Position numbers and translations under genes: made by a program. Source: a virus (Duplodnaviria; Caudoviricetes). From it: DNA of 41,170 nt. Below, in pieces: positions 30,542-39,377 of the stretch. The stretch covers positions 1 to 41,170 of the IMG/VR virus record IMGVR_UViG_3300034349_000002. One strand, 5' to 3'. The notes beneath the pieces were generated by a model. That model saw only the letters and a program-made list of their open reading frames with translations, did no database searches and was not told the origin of the DNA. Each line of letters begins with the position of its first letter. Position 1 is the stretch's first letter.

Positions 30542-30826
30542 TTACATGAAGCTTCGCGGGTTGGACTGGATGACGAAGTAGACTACTTCGCGGACGGCCT
30601 CTTGGATAATGTATTCGTGAGTATCTGGCTCCTGGGTGGCGTACTCATCGACCGTTACGGTGTACTCAGCATGGCGACCATTCAGGGTCCGAACTTGGAC
30701 ATGGAGTTTGAACGCCAGTTGCCAGGGCATCGGGTAGACCGTTACGGCCATGTTAGGGAACACACGGAGCAGGGACCTTTCGATCCCCACAGCGATGGAC
30801 GCCACGTAGCCTTTAGGGCGACTCAC
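30542..30826 (-). CDS. Hypothetical protein (94 aa)
   Basis: GTG start overlapping the ligase stop, AAGGA RBS, ends just before the terminator. Confidence 0.7.
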   Translation of the reverse strand: MSRPKGYVASIAVGIERSLLRVFPNMAVTVYPMPWQLAFKLHVQVRTLNGRHAEYTVTVDEYATQEPDTHEYIIQEAVREVVYFVIQSNPRSFM

Positions 30827-31854
30827 TCCTTAGTCATCGGGTCGGTGATCCCACGAAACTGATCGAAGTTCGGGTGACGGTAGGACCCAGAAGGCAGACG
30901 TTCCATGTAGGTGATCTTTACGGCCCACCCGAGGTATGGGTTCGAGCTGGAGTTGCTCGTGTCATAGATCATCTCGTGTACCTTCGCAGTGAACTCAGTT
31001 TTCTGGTCCTCTGTAATGCCCCCGGCGTCAACCTCCACACCATGCTCAGTGAGGACCCGAAAGCCAATCACCTTACCCTCGTTGGCCAGCCCTGGAGTGC
31101 CCCACATGAGGCCCACTACGGTCCCATCACAGGAGTCATCCGGCTTCACCTTCCACTGACCGGTCTTCTTGCCGCGCTTCCAGTGACCAAGAGGGTCCTT
31201 AGCGACAGCACCTTCTTTGCCCTTGCGGCGGTACGACTCATAGATCATGTCGAGGTGTACCAAATCGAAGGCCTCACCGGACACTACGAGTTCCCAATGG
31301 ATCTCAGGGAAGATCTCCTTGAGGCGATTCACTTGGATCTCCGTGTGCATTCGGCGAACGCTTTGGAAGACCGCGTATTCCTCACCCATAGTCACAGCAC
31401 CGAGGGGGATAAGGTCGAACGCAATGAACTTCAGGTCACCCTTATGGATCGGCGAGTGCCGGCGAAGGTCCCCACTGATCTCGGCGCAGACCTTGGAGCC
31501 CACGAGGATCTCAGCTTGCAACATGAACCCTTCAGGGAACATTCCGGTTGGCAGGTCGGCCCCGGTCTTCATATCGAAGTCCTGTTCAAAGAACTTCTCC
31601 CAACGTGGGTCATAAGTCAGCTCCATGGCCAGCTCCATGAGTCCGGGGAAGGCCTTACCTTCACGGCTCAGGAAGTCCACCACGTAGCCGCCGATCTCCA
31701 TCTCAGGGGAGACCAGCATGTTCAACTGACAGCCGTCTTCCTTCACTTCCACGGAGACCGAACCGGCCTCATTGATTGCCTTCTGTACCGCCGACTCCTT
31801 GAAGTCCACAGGGCGGTGAGGGTTGGTGTTCAGAATTACAGGAGCGAGAGCCAT
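30823..31854 (-). CDS. 1.3: ATP-dependent DNA ligase
   Basis: EVKEDG adenylation motif, LSREGK, EGAVAKDP...RGKKTGQWKVKP, GSYRHP. Confidence 0.96.
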   Translation of the reverse strand: MALAPVILNTNPHRPVDFKESAVQKAINEAGSVSVEVKEDGCQLNMLVSPEMEIGGYVVDFLSREGKAFPGLMELAMELTYDPRWEKFFEQDFDMKTGADLPTGMFPEGFMLQAEILVGSKVCAEISGDLRRHSPIHKGDLKFIAFDLIPLGAVTMGEEYAVFQSVRRMHTEIQVNRLKEIFPEIHWELVVSGEAFDLVHLDMIYESYRRKGKEGAVAKDPLGHWKRGKKTGQWKVKPDDSCDGTVVGLMWGTPGLANEGKVIGFRVLTEHGVEVDAGGITEDQKTEFTAKVHEMIYDTSNSSSNPYLGWAVKITYMERLPSGSYRHPNFDQFRGITDPMTKE

Positions 31855-32123
31855 TAAACGGTTTCCTTGAGGTAGTCGGAGGTGTTCATTGCTTGTTCCC
31901 ACGTCATCGCTACGGCCTTCGTAGGTGTCCGTGAAGCACAGTAAAAGTACATGGCCTTGAAGCGATACTTGAGGTCGGCCATGAGGTCCACAGGATTGGC
32001 GAATTGCGTGAACATTGGGGGAATATCATCAATCACTACCCTGCCAAGGCCCTCGTCTTTCATGACCAACAGGGTCTGCATGGTTCGATGGTCCCGGTGC
32101 ATCTCAATGGTCAATCGGCTCAT
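31854..32123 (-). CDS. Hypothetical protein (gp1.2 position)
   Basis: 89 aa, tightly overlapping both neighbours. Confidence 0.7.
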   Translation of the reverse strand: MSRLTIEMHRDHRTMQTLLVMKDEGLGRVVIDDIPPMFTQFANPVDLMADLKYRFKAMYFYCASRTPTKAVAMTWEQAMNTSDYLKETV

Positions 32124-32263
32124 TCAGCTTGCTCCAGCTCGACCCACTCAGCACGGCCACCACGGGCGGTCTTATTGTGCTTGCCCTTACGGACCTGAAA
32201 GGCCTCCTGGGCTTCGGCGGAACGGCGAGGCTTGGTGCTCTTGATGCGTTGAACGATGTTCAT
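32120..32263 (-). CDS. 1.1: gp1.1-like small basic protein (47 aa), not in ORF track
   Basis: MNIVQRIKSTKPRRSAEAQEAFQVRKGKHNKTARGGRAEWVELEQAE*; TAAGGA RBS; follows the RNAP gene. Confidence 0.78.
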   Translation of the reverse strand: MNIVQRIKSTKPRRSAEAQEAFQVRKGKHNKTARGGRAEWVELEQAE

Positions 32264-32284
32264 GAAGATCCTTAATGGGTGCCT

Positions 32285-34948
32285 TTAGGCGAATGCGAAG
32301 TGCGAGGCGAGGGTGCCCCGGATGTCCAAAGTCCCTTTCTTGGGAATCGGTGGCATCTCTTTGATTTGAGTTTCGTGTAACTGGTCGATGAACTGTTCGC
32401 GGAAGTCGCTGAGGATGCAGGTCTGGTCGTAGGTCTCCACAAAGGTCTCCCTTACGGCTCTGAACAGTTTCCCAGCGTGGGCCGCGATGGTCCCGAATGA
32501 ATCATGGATCAGGGCAAAGAACGTGATCTTGTAATGATCATGACCCCGGACCACTGTCTTGCGGAGGTGTGACCCGTCCTGGCTGTGTACGAAGTTCGGA
32601 GAGATGCCCGACTCTTGCTTACGAGCGTCAATCTTAGCGCCGACCTTAGGGGTCATCATGACGGTGGCCTGGAGGCGGATCGTACCCAGGAACATGCAGT
32701 CGATGCGCTTCTTCTCGGAGACCTTGTATTCCTGCCAGACCGGGAAGCCGTCTGTAGTGATCCAGTAGACCGGCATAGCGGCCTTGAGGACCTCATCAGT
32801 CTTCTTGCAACGGATCTCCTTGGCGAGGAGCTTAGCGGCCTTCTGGAGCCAGTTCATGGCCTCAACGGCTGCCACTACGACGTTGCTCACAGAGTCCCAA
32901 ATGAGCTTGGCCATGTATCGGGCCGAGAGCTGTGGGTCTGGGAAGAACGTAGAGCCTTCGTCTACTGCCGGGGTGATGATGTCGTCGCGCACTTGGTCAG
33001 TGAAGCCATATTCCTTCGACCCGTAGGCCAGTGTCATCACTGATCGTTTCGTAACGCTTCGATCCACTCCGTAATCGAGCCAGCCCCGGGCGAGAGAAGT
33101 GGACCCGAGGATACGTCGCTCAAGTATTTCTCCAGTATCTGGATTCGTCTTGACTTCAGTTGAGTCAACAGTCCCTCTCTCAAAGTCCTGCTTGAGTCGC
33201 ATGTTGACTTCATCGGACACGAGCTTGTAGATGTCTTGAACGGTTTCGCTCGGCACGAGGTTAACAGCTCGCCCGCCACGCTCATCTCGAAGCATTGCGG
33301 AGAAGTGTTGAATTCCTGAACAAGAGCCGTCAAAAGCAATTGGCAGACAGGATCGGTGTGCAGCTCCGTCCTTAACGACTCCAGCCCAGTCGAAGCAGAA
33401 CGCCAGGAAGCAGAAGGGTGCGTCAGCCTCCATCCAGCCTGTGTGGTCGAGAGGAGCCTGTGCGAATCGGAGAATATCCACTTCATGGTCTTTAACCCAT
33501 TGCTTGCGTTCGTTGAAAGGGACCTTATCGACCCCGAAGGTGTTCGCTCCGTGGATCATCAGCCACTCGATTCCCTCTTCACCTACAGGCTCCGCAATGG
33601 AGGCCTGAAGCATCCCCTTGGTCACATCGTTGCCTTGAGGCGAGAAGGACCCGGCCAGGGCGTATACACGGCCACGCCAGTCGAGGTTGTAAGGGAAGTA
33701 GACGGCTTCGTATTCGGCGAACTTTTGGGCGGTCTCAATGGTCAGCTCTAAGGCCAACCGTCTGGACACACGGGCCGACTCTCCACGGTAGGAGATCGCA
33801 GCGGCCTTCTTCCACTTCTTGAGGATCGCGGGGTCCTCGTCGATCCCATGCGGACGGTGCGGGAGTTCAATGGCAGCCGCTAAAGGCCACTTCTTGATCC
33901 CTACCTTTTCCCAGTCGAGGAGCGCCGTTGCGACCTCCAGGACTCGTGTGTTAATGGCCCACGCGGTGTTCTGTGCGATGTTGACCGCGTTGTACACTTC
34001 TGGCATAGCGACGTCCCGATAGCGTTCGAGAGCAGCCTTAGTGTACGTTCGGATAAAGCGGGTAGGGCGTCTTCCTCGGCCCCAGTAACCCCCACCTGTG
34101 GGACGGGTCCATGGTCGCGGAGGGACAACCATTGGTTGGTCGAATGGTGTGATCCCTGCAAGAGAAAAGGCTCGCTTGGAAAGCTGTTCGACCCATTCCT
34201 GCCGAAGCACAACTGTCTCCACATCGTTTCGTACAGACCCAGCATTCTCACGCTTGATCTCAACGAGCCCGGTAGACTTGATGAGTACCTCAAGGCATCG
34301 CAGACCAATATGATGGAGGATGTCATTCTCGTCGTTCTCCCAGTCGTGCCACGCACCATTAAGTTCCCCCGCTTCGAGCATCTTGGTCTCGACAGCTTCC
34401 ATGAACGTGCGTTTGTAGGTGTGACCATTGCGCTTGTTGAGGGCCTCACGGATATGCTTCTCGAAGTGCTTGGCCTCTTCGTCACGAATGCGACCGAAAC
34501 GGGCTTCCTCTTCGACACGCTTGCCGATCTTGGCGCAGATACCTTGTAGGTGATTCTGGCCTTGACGTGATGCCCCGTTAAGGACGGTCTTCAGAACAAT
34601 CACTGCGACCCGATCCGGCTGGACCTGTTGGAAGCAGTGGAGTGCTACGTGCTTTCGTCGAACCGACTTCACTTGGTAGTCGATCCAATCGGTCAACTCA
34701 GCGGCGAACTTAGGGACCAGTATGTGAATCAGCGGCTTGGCCACTGTGGTCTCCGACATCTCGTCGCGTTCCTGCTGTTTCTCGAACTGCTTGAGGAATC
34801 GTTCCTCACCCAGTACGTGCGCTTCGTGTTCCAATTGCAATTGCTGAGCTGCCAACTCGGGACCGTAAAGCTTCGAGAGCGTATCAAACGCCCACGAGGT
34901 CTTCACATCCGAGAAGTCGTGCCGTGGGGCGACGATCAGGGACATCAT
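32285..34948 (-). CDS. 1: Single-subunit DNA-directed RNA polymerase
   Basis: DWRGRVY, FDGSCSGIQH, RSVTKRSVMTLAYGS, PNFVHSQD, IHDSFGT, C-terminal FAFA. Confidence 0.99.
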   Translation of the reverse strand: MMSLIVAPRHDFSDVKTSWAFDTLSKLYGPELAAQQLQLEHEAHVLGEERFLKQFEKQQERDEMSETTVAKPLIHILVPKFAAELTDWIDYQVKSVRRKHVALHCFQQVQPDRVAVIVLKTVLNGASRQGQNHLQGICAKIGKRVEEEARFGRIRDEEAKHFEKHIREALNKRNGHTYKRTFMEAVETKMLEAGELNGAWHDWENDENDILHHIGLRCLEVLIKSTGLVEIKRENAGSVRNDVETVVLRQEWVEQLSKRAFSLAGITPFDQPMVVPPRPWTRPTGGGYWGRGRRPTRFIRTYTKAALERYRDVAMPEVYNAVNIAQNTAWAINTRVLEVATALLDWEKVGIKKWPLAAAIELPHRPHGIDEDPAILKKWKKAAAISYRGESARVSRRLALELTIETAQKFAEYEAVYFPYNLDWRGRVYALAGSFSPQGNDVTKGMLQASIAEPVGEEGIEWLMIHGANTFGVDKVPFNERKQWVKDHEVDILRFAQAPLDHTGWMEADAPFCFLAFCFDWAGVVKDGAAHRSCLPIAFDGSCSGIQHFSAMLRDERGGRAVNLVPSETVQDIYKLVSDEVNMRLKQDFERGTVDSTEVKTNPDTGEILERRILGSTSLARGWLDYGVDRSVTKRSVMTLAYGSKEYGFTDQVRDDIITPAVDEGSTFFPDPQLSARYMAKLIWDSVSNVVVAAVEAMNWLQKAAKLLAKEIRCKKTDEVLKAAMPVYWITTDGFPVWQEYKVSEKKRIDCMFLGTIRLQATVMMTPKVGAKIDARKQESGISPNFVHSQDGSHLRKTVVRGHDHYKITFFALIHDSFGTIAAHAGKLFRAVRETFVETYDQTCILSDFREQFIDQLHETQIKEMPPIPKKGTLDIRGTLASHFAFA

Positions 34949-34954
34949 GTCTAC

Positions 34955-35033
34955 CTTTATGTTCTTAAAGAGCTTTTACTTAAAGAGAATATAAAGAGTA
35001 ACTCTATGAGGACTTTAAGGGCCTTAAAGGGTC
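34955..35033. other. AT-rich tract downstream of a phage promoter; candidate replication origin
   Basis: Visibly AT-rich against the GC-rich genome, with repeated TAAAG/TTAAG and a GGGTC primase-type site at 35029-35033. Confidence 0.55.
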
Positions 35034-35057
35034 TCTCCGTGTAGGTGAGGGTTTTTA
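35034..35057 (-). promoter_or_regulatory. Phage RNAP promoter immediately upstream of the RNAP gene
   Basis: TAAAAACCCTCACCTACACGGAGA, one mismatch to consensus. Confidence 0.9.
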
Positions 35058-35058
35058 A

Positions 35059-35313
35059 CTATTCTTCATCTCGGTAGGTCGATACAACACGACCCACAAG
35101 GTCCTTAGTGGCATACACAAAGGACTTCAGCTCACCGTCTGTGGTGGTCTGCTGGATCTTCAAGAAGTCACCTTCAAACCATGCTTCCAGCTTCGTCACA
35201 TCCTTACCGCATGGACCAGTTCCGAGCTTGAATTCAGCTTCAAGGGGCTCAGTGGTGCGGTATCTGGGAGCGATTGGGACCTCTACGATGAACTTGATGG
35301 CCTGCATCTCCAT
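35059..35313 (-). CDS. Early hypothetical protein (84 aa)
   Basis: Start overlaps the upstream stop; part of the packed early operon. Confidence 0.7.
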   Translation of the reverse strand: MEMQAIKFIVEVPIAPRYRTTEPLEAEFKLGTGPCGKDVTKLEAWFEGDFLKIQQTTTDGELKSFVYATKDLVGRVVSTYRDEE

Positions 35314-35753
35314 CAGTAACGGCCCCCACGGAAGCAGCCAGTGAAGTCACCGTGCTCAGTCGAGCGGCGGCGCATGTTCTGCAAGCTGGCGATGATCTGG
35401 CTTTCAGCGATCTTTCTGGCCTCCAGCATCTGCCCACGTATCAGGGTTGCAGAGGAAACATCCCGATTCGCGATGGCCACCATAAGGGCGCTTGAGAGCG
35501 CAATGGATCGCGAGAGCTGTACGGACGCAATCTGGCTTGACAAGCGGCCTACCTTGTTCGGCGAGTAGGTCCCAGTGCGCTTGGTCGAGTTCCCGAACAT
35601 CTTCAGTTCCGGTATGCGGATCTTGTATCCCAACAGCTTGCCGTTCCGCCCAGTCAAAAGAGACGGGCCAGATGGCGAACCTTCCGAGTTCAGTAAGGCC
35701 ATGGCGCGGAGTTCCAGAGCTGCAAAGTCCGTTTTGATTACTGCTTGATTCAT
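35313..35753 (-). CDS. Early hypothetical protein (146 aa)
   Basis: ATGA overlap with the oxygenase stop. Confidence 0.7.
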   Translation of the reverse strand: MNQAVIKTDFAALELRAMALLNSEGSPSGPSLLTGRNGKLLGYKIRIPELKMFGNSTKRTGTYSPNKVGRLSSQIASVQLSRSIALSSALMVAIANRDVSSATLIRGQMLEARKIAESQIIASLQNMRRRSTEHGDFTGCFRGGRY

Positions 35754-36481
35754 GCGAAAGAGCCTTCAATTTGATACCAATGAACGAGGAGGTTGCGAGT
35801 CCCTTCCGTGACCGGGAGACCCATGTGTTGGTTAGTGCGACCCAGAAAGAACATGGCGTGTCCTTTAGGCAACTGAGGGACCGTTATGGGCTCAGCAAAT
35901 GGGCCTTGGTAGACCGTAGTGCCACCGCCAACATGATCATCCGTCAGGGCCACCACAAGGGTCGCATCAGAGTCCCTATCGGTGTGCCAGCAGCCGTGTG
36001 GCGTGTTGTCGAGGGTGTATTGCGCTGCCTGTATCGAGGCGCAGTAAACCGCATCGAGGCCGAACAGGATCTTGCAGAGGTTCAGTGCCGACCCGTGATA
36101 GAGCGACCGAAGGGTCTCGAACAAGGCCGGTGAGCGGTGCTGTAGGACCACCTCAGGGATGCGAGCCTCTTCAGGTTCGTCCTCGTTCACGGCGTAGGCC
36201 ATGCAGTTCAGCTCATCCATTAAGGAGTCGCAGAACGATGGGTGCAGGTAGTTGATGCTGAACACGTTGGGACCGTGCTGGGTGACGATCTCACGCAAGG
36301 CCTTGCCCCAGTCACTGGCCACCTTGTAGTGCTCAGGCTTGAGGCCACCATTCTCCTCAGCGTACTCAGCCATCTCCTCAAGGACCAAGTACCAGTCCTG
36401 AATGGGTTGGCTCAGCTTGTCGATGCTTGGGATGCCCATACGGACATCGTTCACGATGAAGCCGGGTTCTTTCAGGCTCAT
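35750..36481 (-). CDS. 2-oxoglutarate/Fe(II)-dependent oxygenase (prolyl/lysyl hydroxylase-like)
   Basis: HxD (WHTDRD), TLVVAL..D.VGGGT, distal His (NQHMGLPV), 2OG-binding Arg (GTRNLLVHW). Confidence 0.9.
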   Translation of the reverse strand: MSLKEPGFIVNDVRMGIPSIDKLSQPIQDWYLVLEEMAEYAEENGGLKPEHYKVASDWGKALREIVTQHGPNVFSINYLHPSFCDSLMDELNCMAYAVNEDEPEEARIPEVVLQHRSPALFETLRSLYHGSALNLCKILFGLDAVYCASIQAAQYTLDNTPHGCWHTDRDSDATLVVALTDDHVGGGTTVYQGPFAEPITVPQLPKGHAMFFLGRTNQHMGLPVTEGTRNLLVHWYQIEGSFA

Positions 36482-37011
36482 GCAGTCAGAGCCTCCCGAT
36501 AGGTGATCGCGGCGTACACTTCAGGGGTCTGACGGACCAGCTTGTAAACCCCAGAGTCCTCCGTGAAGACCCAAAGGTCCTTACGGCCCCACCACGTGCG
36601 CTTAACGAGCCCTGCGACCTTGCGGTTTCCCAACAGGGTGAACAGTTCCTTGCAGCCCAAGGAGAGGGCCGCAGAGAGCTTCTGTGCGTTCTTCGCCAGG
36701 GTCACTAAAGGGTGCTCCTTGCGTTCGTACAGCTTGACCAGCAGCTTGGTGAAGGCCTGATCCTGTTCCGGTGCCCAGTCGAACATAGCCCGGAGGATGA
36801 TCGCGCCGAGATCCTGGGCAGACCCGCCGAAGAACTGGAAGTAGTAGCCCGTTTCACCCTTGACGATGTTGACCCGCATGAAGCGCTGACCTTTACGGTT
36901 CTCGATGTACGCGGCATAGCCTGTACGCATGGTCTCGTCCATGGCCTTGAGGATCTTTGCGGCTGCCGTGGAGCTGGTGAAGTTGGTGTAGTTGTACTTA
37001 AGCACTTGCAT
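36478..37011 (-). CDS. Early hypothetical protein (177 aa)
   Basis: Long ORF on the coding strand, translationally coupled to the oxygenase (ATGA). Confidence 0.78.
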   Translation of the reverse strand: MQVLKYNYTNFTSSTAAAKILKAMDETMRTGYAAYIENRKGQRFMRVNIVKGETGYYFQFFGGSAQDLGAIILRAMFDWAPEQDQAFTKLLVKLYERKEHPLVTLAKNAQKLSAALSLGCKELFTLLGNRKVAGLVKRTWWGRKDLWVFTEDSGVYKLVRQTPEVYAAITYREALTA

Positions 37012-37084
37012 TATTCCCTGTTGAAATACCAGATGGCTCCAAGGCCACCGATGAGTTGAACAGCAAAGATGGTTAGCTTGATCT

Positions 37085-37318
37085 CTACCACCAGCAAAGG
37101 GACCAATAGGCTCCCAGGAGGGCCAGGGCGATGTTCATCCCCAGGTAAGGCCACCAGTAGGTCTTGGTGATCGTCTGTTGCGTCCGATATACCGACCCAC
37201 CACAGAGGCGCGCCACGGTCCCGAGGAGGAACGACACGATGCTAATGATTGGGATGAACCAGAGGATGGCGGTAAAGCAGAGCATTGCGAGGTAGAGCGG
37301 GGCGGGACCATGAGACAT
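37085..37318 (-). CDS. Early membrane protein (2 predicted TM segments)
   Basis: AAGGAG RBS; two long hydrophobic stretches. Confidence 0.75.
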   Translation of the reverse strand: MSHGPAPLYLAMLCFTAILWFIPIISIVSFLLGTVARLCGGSVYRTQQTITKTYWWPYLGMNIALALLGAYWSLCWW

Positions 37319-37377
37319 GGCAGTTCTCCTTGTTAGACCAGCGTGGAGCCCTCAGACCTCAAAGGCTCCCTACTGGT

Positions 37378-37569
37378 CTAACGAGGTGTGACAGGAGCGC
37401 GCTGGATGCGAGTCGCGGTGTCATTGTCGCTGTCCACTTGCATGGTGGCGTGTGGTGCCACGATGACGTTTACAGAGCAGCCCGAGGTCAGCAGTGCACA
37501 GGCAGCCAGGGCGAAGGCGATCAGGAAACCGGAGGTGATCTTCAGGGCCAGCTTGAGGGTCTTGTTCAT
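37378..37569 (-). CDS. Small early lipoprotein (63 aa; the frame also extends upstream to 37677)
   Basis: AAAGGA RBS, MNKTLK basic n-region, hydrophobic h-region, LTSG-C lipobox. Confidence 0.65.
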   Translation of the reverse strand: MNKTLKLALKITSGFLIAFALAACALLTSGCSVNVIVAPHATMQVDSDNDTATRIQRAPVTPR

Positions 37570-37669
37570 GGTCTTTGCTTCCTTTCGTGGTTGAGGGGTT
37601 GGAGCGTCGAAGAGGTTGTACGAGGCGCGGACATCGCCCCACGTGAAGTTCGGGATGGGCTTGCGAGGC

Positions 37670-37999
37670 TTACTCACTATCAGAGCCTTTCATCAGCTCA
37701 GCGAACTCCTCGTCGGAGGTGCCCACGATAGTGACCGTTTCGGAGACCCCAAGGGCCTTGTCCTTCAGGTCACTGTATTGTTGCAAGGCGTCCCACCAGT
37801 CCAGCTTGGTGGTCATCGTGGTGCCGTTCTCCGTGACCTCCATGATGTAAAATTGCCCGACCTTACCGGCGCGCTTGAGGAGGTGAACCAGACCTGTGCG
37901 TTGAATCACCACGTACTTCCGAGACCCGAACTTCACGACTGGCGTGACGGTCTTGAGGGAGCGTTTACGAGGCAATGCAGGGATGTTTGCGGTAGACAT
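37670..37999 (-). CDS. Early hypothetical protein (109 aa)
   Basis: TAAGGA RBS; coding strand. Confidence 0.75.
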   Translation of the reverse strand: MSTANIPALPRKRSLKTVTPVVKFGSRKYVVIQRTGLVHLLKRAGKVGQFYIMEVTENGTTMTTKLDWWDALQQYSDLKDKALGVSETVTIVGTSDEEFAELMKGSDSE

Positions 38000-38071
38000 G
38001 AAGATCCTTAATGTGCTGCATGACAGGTCGAAAGTGACCAGCGGAGAGACCTGTTAGAGGCCCTCGACTTG

Positions 38072-38584
38072 TTACTCTTGAGCCTTGATGGCGTCTATCT
38101 GGTCCTGTATGGCCTGCCGCTTGGTGTTGCCACATGTGTTGCGCTTCTGTTCCTCCAGCTCAGCCACACGGTTGCCTGTCACCCATTCCTTGAAGGCCTC
38201 GACACACGACCCATTGTCATCGGTCAGGTACGTGATGGCCTTGCCCCAAGGGCGACCATGAGGGTTACCGTTGTTCTCTCCTTTGGAGATGGCTAAGCGG
38301 GTCTCAAAGACTGCCTGCATGGCCTTCTCGTACTCCTTAGGAATGAAGGTGAACACATTGTCACCGTTGGGTAGCTGACCTTGACACAGCGAGGTGTAAA
38401 GGTTGTTCGGTGTGCTGATCCATCCGAGCTTGACACAGAGGTTCAGAGCTGCCGCCCAGTGGTTCTTATCAGTGCTCAAGGCGCAGTCATAACCCATGGT
38501 GAATGACCCAGCGGCGCATGTGGCCTTGATGCGGATGCCCTTGGTATCGGTAGGGCCGAGGTATTTAGTGATGATGGCTTGCAT
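38072..38584 (-). CDS. Early hypothetical protein (170 aa)
   Basis: AAAGGA RBS; starts MQAIITKYLGPTDTKGIRIKA. Confidence 0.8.
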   Translation of the reverse strand: MQAIITKYLGPTDTKGIRIKATCAAGSFTMGYDCALSTDKNHWAAALNLCVKLGWISTPNNLYTSLCQGQLPNGDNVFTFIPKEYEKAMQAVFETRLAISKGENNGNPHGRPWGKAITYLTDDNGSCVEAFKEWVTGNRVAELEEQKRNTCGNTKRQAIQDQIDAIKAQE

Positions 38585-38612
38585 TGTGATGTTCCTTTAT
38601 GCTCGTGGGTTG
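38578..38612. repeat. 35-bp direct repeat, copy 1 (32/35 identical to 39007-39041)
   Basis: cttgcattgtgatgttcctttatgctcgtgggttg. Confidence 0.9.
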
Positions 38613-38656
38613 TTCCCGATGGACCCTCGTGGGAAGGCCCAGCAGTGAATCGTCAC

Positions 38657-39013
38657 TTACATCAGTTCTTTGAACCGGGAAGACGCTTGATACGTCTTCT
38701 GGTATTGCTCAAGGGTCGTAAAGGCCCACTTCGAGCTGCGTGCGGCCCATTGTGGTGGATGCTCGGCAAACATGTCCTTGAAGGACCCTGTGAGGACCTC
38801 CCACCCCGTGCCAGTGGTCAGAGGCTGGTTCGACTTGTAGTTGCCGAAGAACTTGAAGCCTCCCAGGTCGTATTGGAAGGAGGTCAGCCGAGACCCTTCA
38901 GCATCTGTATAGAAGCCGTGGGTGCCATTCTCAGCGATGAACACGCGGAACCCTTCGGCCTTGATCTCTTGGGCCAGCTTGGCTACCGCTTCAGTCTTGT
39001 AATTTACTTGCAT
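38657..39013 (-). CDS. Early hypothetical protein (118 aa)
   Basis: AAAGGA RBS; bounded by the 35-bp direct repeats. Confidence 0.8.
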   Translation of the reverse strand: MQVNYKTEAVAKLAQEIKAEGFRVFIAENGTHGFYTDAEGSRLTSFQYDLGGFKFFGNYKSNQPLTTGTGWEVLTGSFKDMFAEHPPQWAARSSKWAFTTLEQYQKTYQASSRFKELM

Positions 39014-39041
39014 TGTGGTGTTCCTTTATGCGAGTGGGTTG
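39007..39041. repeat. 35-bp direct repeat, copy 2
   Basis: cttgcattgtggtgttcctttatgcgagtgggttg. Confidence 0.9.
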
Positions 39042-39286
39042 CGCTTGTCGAACTCTTCAGCCCGTTGAATGGCCTCAAGCTCCTTAAGGGCCGCTTGAAG
39101 TACAGCGATCTTCATGATGCGCTGATGGCTCAGGGTGCGGTCTACACGGTCCTTCAAGGCTTGGTAATGGTGCCCGTTACGGTTGCCCTCAAAGGTCGCC
39201 AATCGGTGCCGTGCAATGGTGTGTTCCGCCTCAGCAACATCCAAACGGGCCTGTAAGTCGCTGAGTGTGTTCGTAATATCCATCAT
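39026..39286 (-). CDS. Early hypothetical coiled-coil protein (86 aa)
   Basis: AAGGTG RBS; helical composition. Confidence 0.75.
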   Translation of the reverse strand: MMDITNTLSDLQARLDVAEAEHTIARHRLATFEGNRNGHHYQALKDRVDRTLSHQRIMKIAVLQAALKELEAIQRAEEFDKRNPLA

Positions 39287-39377
39287 GATGTCACCTTGCT
39301 ATCAATGTGATCCAATGACCATCGGTCAGGGCCTGTTGTCAAGCCCCTCACGATCAATTATAGTTCACTTATCAGCT

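Noticed and set aside
30874-31857. 327-aa plus-strand ORF, and similar ones at 1609-2541 and 20586-21449
   Set aside because: Largely or fully antisense to ligase, terminase and exonuclease; no supporting signals
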